DNA of 64,000 nt from Octopus sinensis. Its lineage: Eukaryota. Below, piece by piece: positions 50,269 to 64,000 of the stretch (positions within the stretch are counted from its first letter, which is position 1; each line of letters opens with the position of its first letter). Below the pieces are notes generated by a model, which was not told the DNA's origin, ran no database searches, and worked only from the letters and a program-made list of their open reading frames with translations. Location of the stretch: assembly GCF_006345805.1 (NCBI RefSeq), contig NC_042998.1, positions 60,326,001 through 60,390,000 on the forward strand, given 5' to 3'. A program made the position numbers and the translations under genes.

Positions 50269-50559
50269 AAACATTAATGTAGATAGCTAGGTGCAATATT
50301 TGTGAGTGTGAGTTTGTAGGAACGTACATATATAGGAACGTACGTATACAGTAAATAAATGTATAGATGCGTAAAACCTTTCTTTCTTAGTTTTTCTTAC
50401 TTCTGTTGGGCATGATCGTTTTACTGGCAAATTCTACCTTCGACAAGACTATACAATATGATACTTTACAATGAAGGTTTTGCATAAATAGAAAGTGCTT
50501 TGACTATTACTTCTCACAATTAGAGGAATTTTAGTCGTCTTTCGATAGCTTTTATTTTT

Positions 50560-51015
50560 TATTTGCTTCAGTCATTAGACTGCAGCCATGCTGGGATGAA
50601 TTTTAGTCGACCGAATCGACTCCTGTACTTTTTTGAAGCTGGTACTTGTGCTATTGGTCTCTTTTGCCGCTCAGTTACTTAATACAACAATACTGGTTGT
50701 CAAGCGGTGGTGGGGGACGAAAAATTACACGCGCACACACACACGTAGGAATGTGTAGATTTTATTCACATCCAAATTGAGAGCCGGCATCTAAACCAGT
50801 TTGAGAGATAATACAGTATCCACCAGGAAAACCTATCTATTTTATACTCTCCCCTTCTCTTTTTTCTCTCTCTTTCTCTCACTCTCTCCCTCATATACAT
50901 ACATACATACATACATACACACACACATACATACATACATACATACATACATACATACATACATACATACACACACACACATACATACATACATACATAT
51001 ACATACATACATACA

Positions 51016-51047
<32 letters not shown>

Positions 51048-51177
51048 CGACGGGCTTCTTCCATTTTACGTCTACCAAATCTGCTTGCACGTTCGGCCCG
51101 AAGATCTTGAAGACACTAGCGCAACGTGCGAGGTTAGGAAGCAAATTTCCTACCACACAGCCACACCTTCGCCTATA
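50560..51177 (-). mobile_element. Octopod SINE split by microsatellites (tail 50560-50720, head 51045-51177)
   Basis: ttcagtcattagactgcagccatgctgg... and gacgggcttcttccattttacgtctaccaaatc...taccacacagccacaccttcgccta. Confidence 0.7.
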
Positions 51178-52149
51178 TCTATAAAGTTCATTTAAACGTC
51201 CCTTATAGTCTAACCTCTGTTTACCTCTTGCAATAATACGACATATTTCCTTGTGATAATGATTACTCGTAAATATTGGCCTTATCAAAAGTTTTTGGCG
51301 TTTAGAGAAAAAAGTATGTATTCTTTTCTATATAACTCCACAACAATCTAACAAGAAGATAATTAGCATTTTGTCGACCGGCAAGAAAGAGCAGCCACAT
51401 TCCCACTGCCTTAGACAAAAAGAACAAATTACATATTATATACCACAGTGAAGTTTGCCTGAGAGAAATAGTATGGTTACGGTTTGAATATTTTTAACAA
51501 TAGGTTTTCTCAATCATGGTTGATCTTGTAATATCAGCAATGCCATCGCTACCACCAACAACAACAGCAACATACCATAGGACCGTACGGTTGTAAAAAT
51601 GCTCTTAGCAAATATCTTTTGTCGTTTGACCTTCTAAATATACCTCACCCATTGTATATCAAATCCCATCCCACCCTTCTCTAAAAGGAATGACTTTTTA
51701 ATAAAGATTTTCCCAGATATTCAGAAAAAGATGGGTTCGTCGCATCTGGAACGCCTTGGACAATGTGTTTGTTCCGTTAGAGTTGCTATGTAGCTAAACA
51801 ACTGCAACTGCAATGACAGCGGCTGCTAAATGTTAATGCTTAACTTTAGCATGATTCAACAATTATTAGACCAATATCATACATTTGAGCGTTTGGTTTC
51901 TTCTAACTTAATATAACCGGAATATTGAGTCATTTCTTTGCCGTTATTTAATCATAGTTTACTCAATTATCTACATGAATGGAGGTAATAACTCTTTGAT
52001 ATCCTAATATCTAGTTTCTCTCGGCTCTTCATTAGTAATTTAAACCATGATTGCCTTGTTATTCACATAAACATTTTCAATGTATGGATTGAAAGCATTT
52101 AACAGAGCTATACGGCCGCTATATCGACGACTGTGAACAGCTCTCCTAT

Positions 52150-52570
52150 TTCATCTCTTTCGTTTCTCACTTCTACCCTTCTCTCCAATTCACATCTACC
52201 ATCTCTGATACTCCATAAACTTCCTCGATATCTCTCTCCCTTGATCCCCTCACCCACTCTCTCGCCACCTCAACCTTCTTTAAACCTACGGACTCCCACC
52301 TCTACCTTAACCTTTTCTCTTCCCATCCCTCCAACACCCAACGGGCCATCCTTTACTCCCTGTTCCTCCGCCTCCGACGCCTGTGCAGCCGGGACCCAAT
52401 ACCTGGCCCGCTTGTTCATGCGTCGCGGATACCCTTTCACCCTTATTCAAACGTCCTTTACTTGCGCTTGTCAAATCGATCGTACCACCACCTTCTCTCC
52501 TTCCCCACACCGATCTCCAACCACATCCCCTTTCCCCCTCCTTTTCCACCACTCCCCCCTACTCCTCCGT
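52150..52570 (+). mobile_element. Penelope-like RT thumb fragment
   Basis: Across frames: TSTFFKPTDSHLYLNLFSSHPSNTQRAILYSLFLRLRRLCS, then YLARLFMRRGYPFTLIQ. Confidence 0.78.
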
Positions 52571-52599
52571 CGGAAGATCTTTCAGGCCTTTATATATAA

Positions 52600-53215
52600 A
52601 TCGAAACAATTTTACGGTTTTACGTGTGTCACCAAGAGCATTAAAAAAGAAAATTCCTCCGCTTTTTTTCTCTGACTGACGAAATAATTTTGTCATATGC
52701 ACAGCGTTGTTCTGGAAGAAGTTTAGATTCATGTTTATTCTGTGATGTCATAATTTGTCTCTCTTGCTATTAGTTAAATCACTAATTTGACAAGTTTGTT
52801 TTTCGCAGTCCAGAGCCAGAAGCTTGCAAATTTTTACCTCTCGTGGCCAAAACTTCCAATCACTGCTTGGTTAACAATTTTTTCACAGAACTGAATATTG
52901 ATATCTGGGTTTGCCTATTGAATTGCATATTCTAAATCCTCAACAATATCCTCACGATGTTTTATCCAAAGCTGTAGGGGACTGCCAAGTTGACACATGT
53001 TCAGTATAATTGCAAAAACGTCACGGAGTTTCCTTGGAGAATCTGATACTGATGCTCGGGTCAATGCAAGGTCCCAATGCTCATCATTTTCTTAAAAACC
53101 TTGCAGATAGCATGCTTCCCTGTAAGTTTCACACACACGACTATTTACCCTCCTCGAATCTTGGAATGATCTGGGGCCATGTACTTCATGCAAAAGGAGT
53201 TGTAAGTAGTCGCAT
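52600..53215 (-). mobile_element. Helitron Rep/helicase fragment
   Basis: LRLLTTPFA.(GPRSFQD)..VCETYREACYLQGF..ENDEHWDLALTRASVSDSPRKLRDVFAIILNMCQLGSPLQLWIKHREDIVEDL, then LLPEQRCAYDKIISSV..GGIFFFNALGDTRKT (degenerate PIF1 motif I). Confidence 0.85.
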
Positions 53216-53221
53216 CACTCA

Positions 53222-53263
<42 letters not shown>

Positions 53264-53964
53264 TACATGCATAACTGTATACAAACGTGCATACAAAAAT
53301 ACACGTAGCATGTGTGACTGACTACAAATACAGAGCTAAACACGGCGCGTAAAAACTAAATACATAAATAAATTTTACGGAAATTAGCGAAGTGTGTGGG
53401 TTCAAGCGAAAGAATGCCCATATTATTTTTGATGTTCTATGTTGAATTGCAAAATTCTAATGTAATATTTGTGCAATCAAACCTAGAGTGTGTGTGCGTG
53501 AGAGAGAGATAGAGAGAGGGGAGAGACAGAGAGAAAGAGAGATGAGAGAACATTGCAAACAATGAACAAAATAAACATGAAATGAAAAATCGTATAAATA
53601 AAAGCTCGTTAAAAACTATCTTGTACTGAATATTTAGATTTGTGAACTTGTGAATATTTTTTCGGTAATTTATCGTAGATGTCTGCAAATAGTGAATTAA
53701 AACTTGAAATGAAAACATTAAAATAGAAAGTGAAATATTTGGCTTACTCTGCTAAGGACATATGTAAACCACCGAATAACCTATACTACAGGATACTCCT
53801 CAAGCCAGTTGAAGACTACACTATATCTCTGTACTTCTGAACGTTACAATTTTATTCAAAGATGCGTAAAAACCCTCCTACGGTTAAAGATATGGCCTCT
53901 TTTGGGGCAGACTTCCTTGGTTAGTGGCTTTAAGGATAGATTAATATATTACCCGCCTAATAAT

Positions 53965-54177
53965 CCGTTCTACTAAAGGCACAAGGTCTAAAATTTGTGG
54001 GGAAGGCGATAGTCGATCCCATCGATCCCAGTACTTGACTGGCCCTTAATCTATCGACTCCGAAAGGATGAAAGGCAAAGTCGACCACGGCGGAATTTGA
54101 ACTCAGAACGTAACGGCAGACGAAATGCCGCTAAGCATTTTGTCCGGCATGCTAAAGATTCTGCCAGTTCGCCGCCT
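53965..54177 (-). mobile_element. Deu/Nin-like-core SINE
   Basis: Reverse complement of ggcggcgaactggcagaatc..gttctgagttcaaattccgccgtggtcgactttgcctttcatcctttcggagtcgatag. Confidence 0.78.
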
Positions 54178-54229
54178 TGTATAACCCATCGAATAATAAC
54201 AAGAATAATAACGATAGACCTAAGAATAG

Positions 54230-55120
54230 ACTTAGGAAAATAATTTAGTTCGCCAACCACCACCACCCTCTTTTTCCCTTAATGTAAAAACTAACATAGG
54301 TAAAAGAGTCCCGTCTCTCTCTCCTACAGACAGGAATCTTTTAGCTATCGGATAAAGATTTTTTAACGAATCTTTATCCCACATACCTCCTCTTGTTTTG
54401 CTTAGTCCATTTTGTCTTTCTGTGGTATCTATGCTTATGTGTACATGCGTTTGCACTTGTGCTTCGGTGTGTGTGCGTGTGTGCTTTCTATGAGTTTAGC
54501 ATGTGTGTTTCGTGTGCATGTTTATGAGTTTGCTTACTATACCGTACCCGTGTCTTTTATTTAGTTATTTTATTCGTTTATTTACTTGTTTGTACTCTTT
54601 TCTTTTTCATTCCGTCTTTAGTATATGTATGTGTGTCCTTTGGTGCATATACGGGTTTATGTACTATACTGTTTGTATTTGTGTGTGATTCTTTTTCACT
54701 CAATCTTTAATCATCAGGTCGTGCAGTGTGGTGGAGTGGAGGAGTGTTGTTATTCCATTCATGTTTTCTGTTGAGGCTCGTTCTGTCTATTACTATATGT
54801 GTGGCCTCCGTAATTTGTGTCGAGTCTGTTCTATGTATTGATAATACCTTAAAACCTATGTTATTAACCGAGCCTCCGTATTCTAATTGAGCATGTTGGT
54901 TGAGAACTGACGAGCTTTTCTCCTCCTTGAGTCCCCGCCAGAACAAGAGGAGACATGTGCGATAAAGAGTCGCTGAAGATGTCACAGGATGTGTGACGAA
55001 AGGGTTTTGACAAATAAACAAGAATAATAATAATGATAATAATAAAGCTGAAGTAAAGGGCAAACATATAGTGCATGTGTTTAATTGGAAAAATATGACC
55101 ATTCCCAAATATAACAATAT
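54230..55120 (-). mobile_element. 5'-truncated PLE: GIY-YIG C-terminus on minus with an inverted HHR-bearing terminal repeat at its 5' junction
   Basis: SSVLNQHAQLEYGGSVNNIGFKVLSIHRTDSTQITEATHIVIDRTSLNRKHEW (about 54745-54930). Plus-strand repeat 54940-55120 is homologous to 63570-63780. Confidence 0.72.
54969..55011 (+). ncRNA. Minimal hammerhead with canonical C3-G8 core
   Basis: gtcg CUGAAGA t gtcaca-ggatg-tgtgac GAAA gggtt U tgac. Confidence 0.68.
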
Positions 55121-55203
55121 ATATATACGCGCGTACATATATATGTATGTATACACACATACGTATATATATATATGTGCATACATATATATGTATATAT
55201 ATA

Positions 55204-55254
<51 letters not shown>

Positions 55255-56624
55255 TGTGTGTGTGTGAATGTGCGTGTGTGTATGCAAATGCATAGGAATG
55301 TCAGCCTTTGGATAAATTAACGCAATTACATAAATCAACTAAATGCACATATCTGCTCAATCAAAGGACACTAGGACATTTATCCAGCAGAAACACGTGT
55401 CAGATTGGAATTTGGTGAAATTCCAATTTGGTGAATTTGGTGAATACTTTAATAAATAACTTCTGAAGATGTGTGCTTCTCCGTTCTTCTTTATGATGTC
55501 TTGATGTTATACTCTGCTTACTGTTTAAATCCCAATGAAGTGAATCAGTGTCATTTGTTACATTAAACAATTCTGAATGTTCCCTATCATTTGATGGGGT
55601 TAGCCAGATCTAGATTGTATCAGAGTAGTCATTACGTACTAACCATTTTTCAAATCCCTATTCTTTCACTTTATGTGTGTGTGTATGTGTGGTGGGGGAG
55701 GTGCCAGCCAGTTGGGATCCTAAATTTAGGGGGGTTTTTTTATCATAATAGGCAATGATAACATTTGGCCCTCGTTCGACGAATGAGAACTAATGTTAAT
55801 CCCGACTATAATCCTCCTACATAATTCTCTTCTGTTCTTAAAAATTCGATTACAAATTTAGGAATTTAAGTACATATGTATAGATCTGACAGCTGGATAT
55901 ATATGTATGAATGGTTCTGTATCTTTGATATTACATTTCTGCATCTTTTCATTATCTCTTATACATTTTTTTTGTGTTTGTGTCCCTTCGCATAAAGATA
56001 TTAATACATACGCTTACTTCAGATACTTACCCATGGGAACAATGTGTATAGGGCTCACATTCCGCCCTATATCTCCAATTTTGAATTACGGTTACAAATA
56101 ACTATCCCCCTTCAAACTAGATATATCTAAAGGCCATTCGAATCTTTCATTTCATTCAAAGTTACGATCGACCAGAGATTGTCGTTTTTTTTTGGGGGGG
56201 GGGGGATGTAATAAACCGTACGTGAGTGTATGTATACGTGTGTGTATGTGGTGTGTATGACTCTGACAGATGTACAACAAAGAGGAACCTGATAACCTGG
56301 TGCTTCATAAATTAAACAAGTACAGGTATATCAAATAATATACAATATACTTTCTGGGTTTATCAAAATTATCTCTGCCTCTAAAAAGTGTCATAATTAT
56401 TAAATCGCAATTACGATCAAGTCCATTTGAGTAGGGTAGGCCATAAATATGTTCTACATTTTCCCCTCTTTAGTATAAGTCTAAATGCCTTGGCTACAGG
56501 GAATAAGGTCGGACAGTTGTCGTGCTGATAACGATTATTAAGCCAGAAACAACTGTCCTCGTATCTCCCGGCGATAAGCCTGTCTTTTGCTTTAATGACA
56601 TCTCAGCTTTGTAAAATTGTAGAT

Positions 56625-57086
56625 GATAGTGTTGTTGTTGTTGTTGTTCTTAGTGGTGGTGGTAGTGGTGGTGGTGGTGAGGCTGATGATGACAACGGCG
56701 ACAACAATGATGATAATGAGGCTGACGGTTATCAGTCACAGTAACTTATCAACATCAACTTCGGTCAACGAGTTATTCAAGGTTTGAAAGAGGATTAACC
56801 TTAAATCTCTGCGTCAATAAACATTAATTCATACATCTAACACACGTCACTATTTGAATCACTCATTCCTATTTAAGAAACGCCTGTGGTGTTAGTGATG
56901 ACGACGATGATGATGATGGTGGTGGTGGTGATGATGATGATGATCCTCATCATCAGAGTGGTTGTGGTGATGGACATGCTGGTGGTGGTGGTGGTGGTAG
57001 TGGTGAAGACAACGACGGTGCTGTTTACAACAGGTTTCATAGAAGCAGTGGAAGTTATGATACTGGTAGTAGTAGTAGTAGTAGTA

Positions 57087-57139
<53 letters not shown>

Positions 57140-57360
57140 CCACCACCACTACCAGCAACAGTAGCAGGAATAATTATCTTAGTGGATTCGCCCACCATTA
57201 TATTTTTCTTTTTATTGTCTATTATGTTCAACATTTTCTTACCTTCACCACCCCCACTATCACAACTACTACCACCACCACCACAACCACTACAGCCAAA
57301 ACTCACAACCACCACTATCACTATCATTATCACCACCACTATCACAAGCACTACCACCTT
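56625..57360. repeat. Mixed trinucleotide low-complexity region (GTT/GGT/GAT/AGT/CAC)
   Basis: Directly visible; it explains the poly-V, poly-H and poly-T ORFs. Confidence 0.92.
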
Positions 57361-57659
57361 CATAACAACGTGGGAGATTTACATTTACTTGAATATTTCA
57401 ATGAGAGCAGTGAGCATGGAAAACATCAAGTTACGTCCTTTTACATTCTTAGTTGAAATTCAGCCCGAGTTCGACTTTGCCCACAAATGCTTAAGATCGA
57501 CAAAATAGGTAGCAATAATCGTGTATGGTACCACAATAGATACCATACACGATTTTTGATTCAATCGATCAATGAAATGTAATTCAGTCCCCAATATTTG
57601 GCCAGTGTATAACGTCAGAATTCAATTAAAATATTTATTTGAATTAAGTTTATGAATAT

Positions 57660-57940
57660 ATGTTGCAAGATTCCTGATGTGAAACCGTGTGTTGAAACAG
57701 ATATTCTTGTATTTCGGGATGGTCATTTGCTTTAGGGTTGTTTTTAGTCTCTTTCAACCCACCCACCCACCCACCCAATAAACACACGCACTATGTATTC
57801 GTTCTTCGCTCGTTTATTACTGTTCTTATCTTAACTCATGCCCATTGTCTGGAAATCTTTCGTCACTCGTCTGTGACCTCTTCAGCGATACTTTCCGTCC
57901 TCGTGCGTGCTCTTGCTCCGCTTAGTCCAATATCTAATAG
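57660..57940 (-). mobile_element. Solo PLE terminal repeat with tail and degenerate HHR (57847-57890)
   Basis: Minus: cg CUGAAGA g gtcac-agacga-gtgac GAAA gattt C. The tail gcaagattcctgatgtgaaaccgtgtgttgaaacagatatt is shared with 63455-63505. Confidence 0.7.
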
Positions 57941-58003
57941 ACTAAGAATATTAGAAATACACAATATTTGAATTAAATAGCCCAGCAATTTGCTCTTGTA
58001 TAT

Positions 58004-58102
<99 letters not shown>

Positions 58103-58180
58103 CATACATACATACATACATACATACATACATACATACATACATACATACATACATACATACACCCATGTATATAAAGA

Positions 58181-59022
58181 ACTAGCAGCACAGCCCGGCG
58201 TTGCCCGAGTATGTAAGAAACTGTGTCGATAAGCAATACCCTTTACCTTTTTACCCTTTTTTGTACTCATTGAACCGTTATTTTGTAAAATCATGGTCGG
58301 TCTCGAAGTGATATGGTTTTGTCAATTTCTCCCAATACTTGTTAACTGCATTGACAAAAGGTCGTTAGTTTGACATTTAATGCAAACTTGATGTCCAACA
58401 TCGGTGACATTTAATGCAAACTTGATGTCCAACATCGGTGTAGGGAAAATCTATGTGAACTCTCAAAAAATATCGCAGAAAAATCGGTTTGTTATGTGTG
58501 CCACATATGATGTAATTAACCGATTTTTTCCAGTAATAACGTATCATATTGGAATCAAAAGGGCCATATAGCTCCTTGGAGCAGACATGATGCTCGCTGT
58601 GAATTTCAAAAAGAATTTCTGCCAATTTGTTAAAGATATTAAACAGCATAATTTTATCGATTTTTTCTGATGGTAAGGTATTGCATGGAAAACTAACGTC
58701 AGAATTAAGTTCCTTAGGGTAACATTAAGCTTCACCATGAGTTTGGTGAAATTCGATTGCAAGTTGCAAAAACTACAACGGAAAATGTGTTGCATATGAT
58801 AAGCTTAGATTCTCGACTCCATGTCGAATTTATCGATTTTTTCCAGAACTGGGGGAACTTTTCAAAATTTTCGCTGCGTTAGTTTTGAATTATGACATTG
58901 GGCTATGTGTGTGTCAAGTTTCATCAGAATCGGTTGAAAGCCGTGGTCAGGGTGAGGGTACAACCTGACAGACACACAGACAGACACACAGACAGACAAA
59001 CTGCCTTTTATATATAGAGAGA
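58181..59022 (+). mobile_element. Non-autonomous Helitron-type (Lep1-like) element
   Basis: 5' actagcagcacagcccggcgttgcccg. 3' aagtttcatcagaatcggttgaaagccgt..(gacagacaca)n..tttatatatagagagat. Internal 34-bp tandem duplication at about 58370-58440. Confidence 0.55.
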
Positions 59023-59082
59023 TAAAGAATGCAAACCTCCTTCGGTCACGAATGACTATGGGATTGCACCTAGAAAGCTCCG

Positions 59083-59260
59083 CAAAATTACCACAAGACT
59101 GTTACTCAGAGTTTCGCGTTCCTGTTCATCGAACATTTGTGATGAAACGGGAACGTGAAACTCTGAGTAACAGTCTTGGGGTAATTTTGTAGCTTTAATA
59201 AAAGCATATTATTCTACTCTTGACATTATTCGAGTACTAGTTTTTCCTCTTTGTTTTGTA
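59083..59260. mobile_element. Mini-foldback (48-bp arms) of the 29.3-kb HHR family, with tail
   Basis: caaaattaccacaagactgttactcagagtttc.. / ..gaaactctgagtaacagtcttggggtaattttg. Tail gctttaataaaagcatattattctactc matches 29345-29400 inverted. Confidence 0.8.
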
Positions 59261-59289
59261 CCTATGTGCTCACGTGTGTATGTGTATTA

Positions 59290-59480
59290 TATATATGTAT
59301 ATATTTCGGGATGGTCTTTTTTTCCCTTTTGCCAAACACACGCACTACATATTCGTTCTTCATTTCAGATTTATTAGTATTCTTATTTTATGTCCTTTGT
59401 CTGGAAATCTTTCGTCATAGATCCGGTGATCTCTTCAGTGACTCTCTATTCCACGTGTCTCCTCTTGGCTGCAGTCTAAT
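59290..59480 (-). mobile_element. Solo PLE terminal repeat of the 57.7/63.5-kb family with degenerate HHR (59399-59444)
   Basis: atttcgggatggtc..aaacacacgcacta..gtctggaaatctttcgtcatagatccggtgatctcttcagtgactc. Confidence 0.65.
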
Positions 59481-59537
59481 GACTGATGCAAGGAAAATAG
59501 ATAAAAGTATATGTATATATATATATATATATATATT

Positions 59538-59762
59538 TCTTTGCTACCCACAAGGGGCTAAACACAGAGGAGACAAACAAGGACAGACAAACGGATTAAG
59601 TTGATTACATCGACCCCAGTGCGTAACTGGTACTTAATTTATCGACCCCGGAAGGATGAAAGGCAAAGTCGACCTCGGCGGAATTTGAACTCGGAACGTA
59701 ACGGCAGACGAAATACGGCAACGCATTTCGCCCGGCGTGCTAACGTTTCTGCCAGCTCGCCT
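59538..59762 (-). mobile_element. Deu/Nin-like-core SINE, well preserved
   Basis: Reverse complement of ggcgagctggcagaaacgttagcacgccgggcgaaatgc..gagttcaaattccgccgaggtcgactttgcctttcatccttccggggtcgataaattaagtaccag. Confidence 0.85.
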
Positions 59763-60222
59763 ATATATGTATAGGGTCCTATACATATAAGTGAGACTAA
59801 TGCATCTGAGCATGGAGTCGCAGAAATACCCTTGGTTGGTGTCAGGGCACTCAATAAAACCAGCGGGAGTGAAGGCCCCCTAGATGTTCTCACGGCATCC
59901 TTCTAAGGGAGGCACATTTTGACGTAAAACCTGCAATTTCGTGTGACTAGTGGTCATCCGGCTTCGGCCTTTCAATAGATACTAATCACAGAAACTCGGG
60001 AATTGATATTTGAACAGTATAACTGTTAGCACTAGACTGTGACCTCGTTTGCCATTCCGTCTACTGAAAGTGGAACAATTGATGATAGATAAATGAAGTT
60101 TGTGAACCGATTCCTTAAAGTCGAATGTAGTTGTTGTTTAACCCCAGATCACTCCTGATTGATCAGCACAATGAACGTAGTCGTACCTTCTGTAACAAGT
60201 TCTTAGCCATTCTTTGTATATA

Positions 60223-60439
60223 CGAGGGGATGCTGAAAAGTTCCTGGATTTAAGGGTGTCGCGAAAGGCTTGGTTGGAGGCCCAACCTTCCGAGTTCTTT
60301 TACAGGGCTTAGAAAAACTAAAGGACCCCTGCAATAAGTGTATGAATCTGAAAGGAGAATATGTTGCATAAAATCATAATTAACTGGTTTTTCTGTATTT
60401 TCTTTTACCCAAAGCGAGGAAATTTTAAGCATCCCCTCG
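60223..60439 (+). mobile_element. Mariner deletion derivative (217-bp MITE) with TA TSD
   Basis: TIRs cgaggggatgctgaaaagttcc / ggaaattttaagcatcccctcg. The interior retains a decayed transposase C-terminal remnant. Confidence 0.85.
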
Positions 60440-61358
60440 TATATATTATGTATACATGTCTGTATGTATGTATGTGTTACACATTCATATCTGTGTATAC
60501 GTGCATCCCCACTCTTGGCACTATTTTGTAGTGAATAGTACAAACTGTGTGTAAAGTATATAATGTATTACTACGCTGAACGTCGTCGTCCGTGTAACAA
60601 GTAAAGATAATAAACACGTAAACAATAACAATGGTTTTCATTTGGTTGTCTTTCCCATTAGAACCCAAACTACACATAACAGTATGTATGTATATTAATG
60701 TCTGTTCTTTGTACACTTATAATAAAAACAATTTTATATTGATCTGATGGGTTACTCTATATTTTTCTAATATACAAATAGGCTTCCTTTTGCCATATTC
60801 ACTCCCAAGGCTTTGGTCATTGTGAGGTTATAGTAAAGAGAAAAACTTGCCCAAAGTATTACTCTGTGAACTTGAACTCAAAACCACGTGGTTGAGAAGC
60901 GAACGTCTTAAGCACACAGCCATGACCTACGCCATTTAAAGTTGCCTGTACAACTTATAGTAAACTTAATAGTTTTCACCAGCTAATCTCCTTTACACAT
61001 AACCTTACTCTGATCAACACTCTCCATTTCCACTCAACCTATTTCTTATCTCTAGACGCAGTCGTTGTTCATATATATTTGTATCCGCTTATCGACCTTG
61101 CACTGATCGGTCGCTGAAATGAGTTGTCCGTTTGGCTGTTTGCTAATTCCAATTCAAATGTTTTTATGTCAACTTGTCAGACACATCCGAAAGAGTGACA
61201 ACACCAATTCTTCTATAGTCTAAACAATAATAAATCTTGCAAGCGAACAAACTGAATTATTTTTTATTCAGGTTTCGACTGGTCAAGAAAACAACAACTA
61301 ATAGCACATGATGAAAGATATCCTCTAATTACCATTCATTATCAGATGTTCAATAATA

Positions 61359-61687
<329 letters not shown>

Positions 61688-61931
61688 TGGACCTGTATGT
61701 GTGCATTTTTAGAAGAGATGACTATGTAATAATTGAAGTAGAAGAAAGATCAATATCATACATGAACTTGTGTTTGTTTATGATATGACAATAAGTGAGT
61801 TGTGTGTGTTATTTAATTTATCTAACGTTTCGTTGATGTTCGGTTTCAGATGCACGGTGAGCTTTCTTTCTCGGTCGCTGATCTGCAAGCCGTGCGCTTG
61901 TCTCGTCGTCCTTTTCTGATGCATGTAGAAA

Positions 61932-62122
61932 CTAATTATTGAACAATGGAAAAGAGGTAAAAGCTACAGGAAAATATCAGAGACCCTTTGTATTCCATTT
62001 TCTACCATATCTTCATTTATTCAAAGATATAAAAAAATCGGGAACTGTTGAAAACAGAATAAGATCCGGTGCACTATGCAAGATTTCTCCTAGATCTTTA
62101 AGAAAAATGAAGCAACTAAGGA
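61932..62122 (+). repeat. Inverted duplicate of the Tc1 segment at about 63008-63190
   Basis: Near-identical sequence; the two 69-aa ORFs differ only at one internal residue and at the ends. Confidence 0.92.
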
Positions 62123-62137
62123 ATTTATATTCAATTA

Positions 62138-63425
<1,288 letters not shown>

Positions 63426-63454
63426 TAATTATATATAAATTAGTACGTTTATAT

Positions 63455-63780
63455 ATTTGTTGTGCAAGATTTTTTATGTGAAGTCGTGTGTTGAAACAGA
63501 TATTGTTATATTTCGGAATGGTCATTTTGCCAGTTTAGCCAATAAAAACACACGCACTATATATTTGGTGACGGTTAGTAAGGAGAGACACAAATAAGAA
63601 AGAAGAAAACAAAGGACCACTGATGCGGTCACAGGAGTGTGACGAAAGAACTCTGGCCGAAATAAGATTAAGATTAATATAAAAAATAAATAACACTGAA
63701 GCAAAGTAACACCAAATATATAGTGCGTGTGTTTTTATTGGCTAAACTGGCAAAAATGACCATTCCGAAATATAACAATA
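63455..63780. mobile_element. Foldback PLE-terminal-repeat element (70-bp arms, tail on left, HHR in spacer)
   Basis: Arms 63501-63570 and 63710-63780. Plus 63615-63658: gacca CUGAUGC g gtcac-aggagt-gtgac GAAA gaact C tggcc (A9 to C). Confidence 0.85.
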
Positions 63781-64000
63781 TATATAAATTCATTAGTTAC
63801 TATAATTTATTAGTTTCTTTTGCATATTCTTAGTTCATGCATGTGTATGCAACTATAGTATTGGTATATCCCATTTATGTTCATTTGAAATTAAATAAAT
63901 AAAGAATTTTGACATGTACGAATATTTATTTTCCCCCCACTGTATATCGAGTACGTGGGCCTTTGTGGTCTGGTCGTCGACTAATCTGGTTTGTAATTTG

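Noticed and set aside
55290-55410. GAAACACGUGUC with a partial helix II
   Set aside because: The CUGANGA half is missing, so it is only a relic of an HHR.
56886-57508. Poly-His, poly-Val and poly-Thr ORFs
   Set aside because: They come from trinucleotide low-complexity DNA, with no domain and no convincing splice context.
58370-58440. 34-bp direct repeat that might suggest a CRISPR-like array
   Set aside because: Only two adjacent units with no spacers, inside a eukaryotic transposon. No CRISPR or prokaryotic features anywhere in the window.

Overview
AT-rich, microsatellite-saturated eukaryotic DNA, most likely an octopus. That assignment is an inference from the tRNA-derived SINE families and the (AT)n/(TACA)n/(GATA)n load. 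No intact protein-coding gene is recognisable. The window is mostly transposable-element debris: Tc1 and mariner DNA transposons, RTE and CR1-type LINEs, Helitron pieces, many SINEs, and a dense set of Penelope-like elements (PLEs). Three weak minus-strand exon candidates (20413-20481, 13117-13253, 457-568) suggest the window may be intronic. The main signal is a PLE/hammerhead system. More than 15 minimal type-I hammerhead ribozyme (HHR) motifs occur. About a dozen ORF-less foldback elements are built from two head-to-head PLE terminal repeats, usually with a tail on one arm and usually beside (AT)n. One near-complete RT+GIY-YIG element with about 600-bp inverted terminal repeats (39475-44093) has the same architecture. 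Three related HHR families show C3-G8, G3-C8 and U3-A8 at the tertiary 3-8 pair. All structures were read by eye; none was folded computationally or searched against databases.
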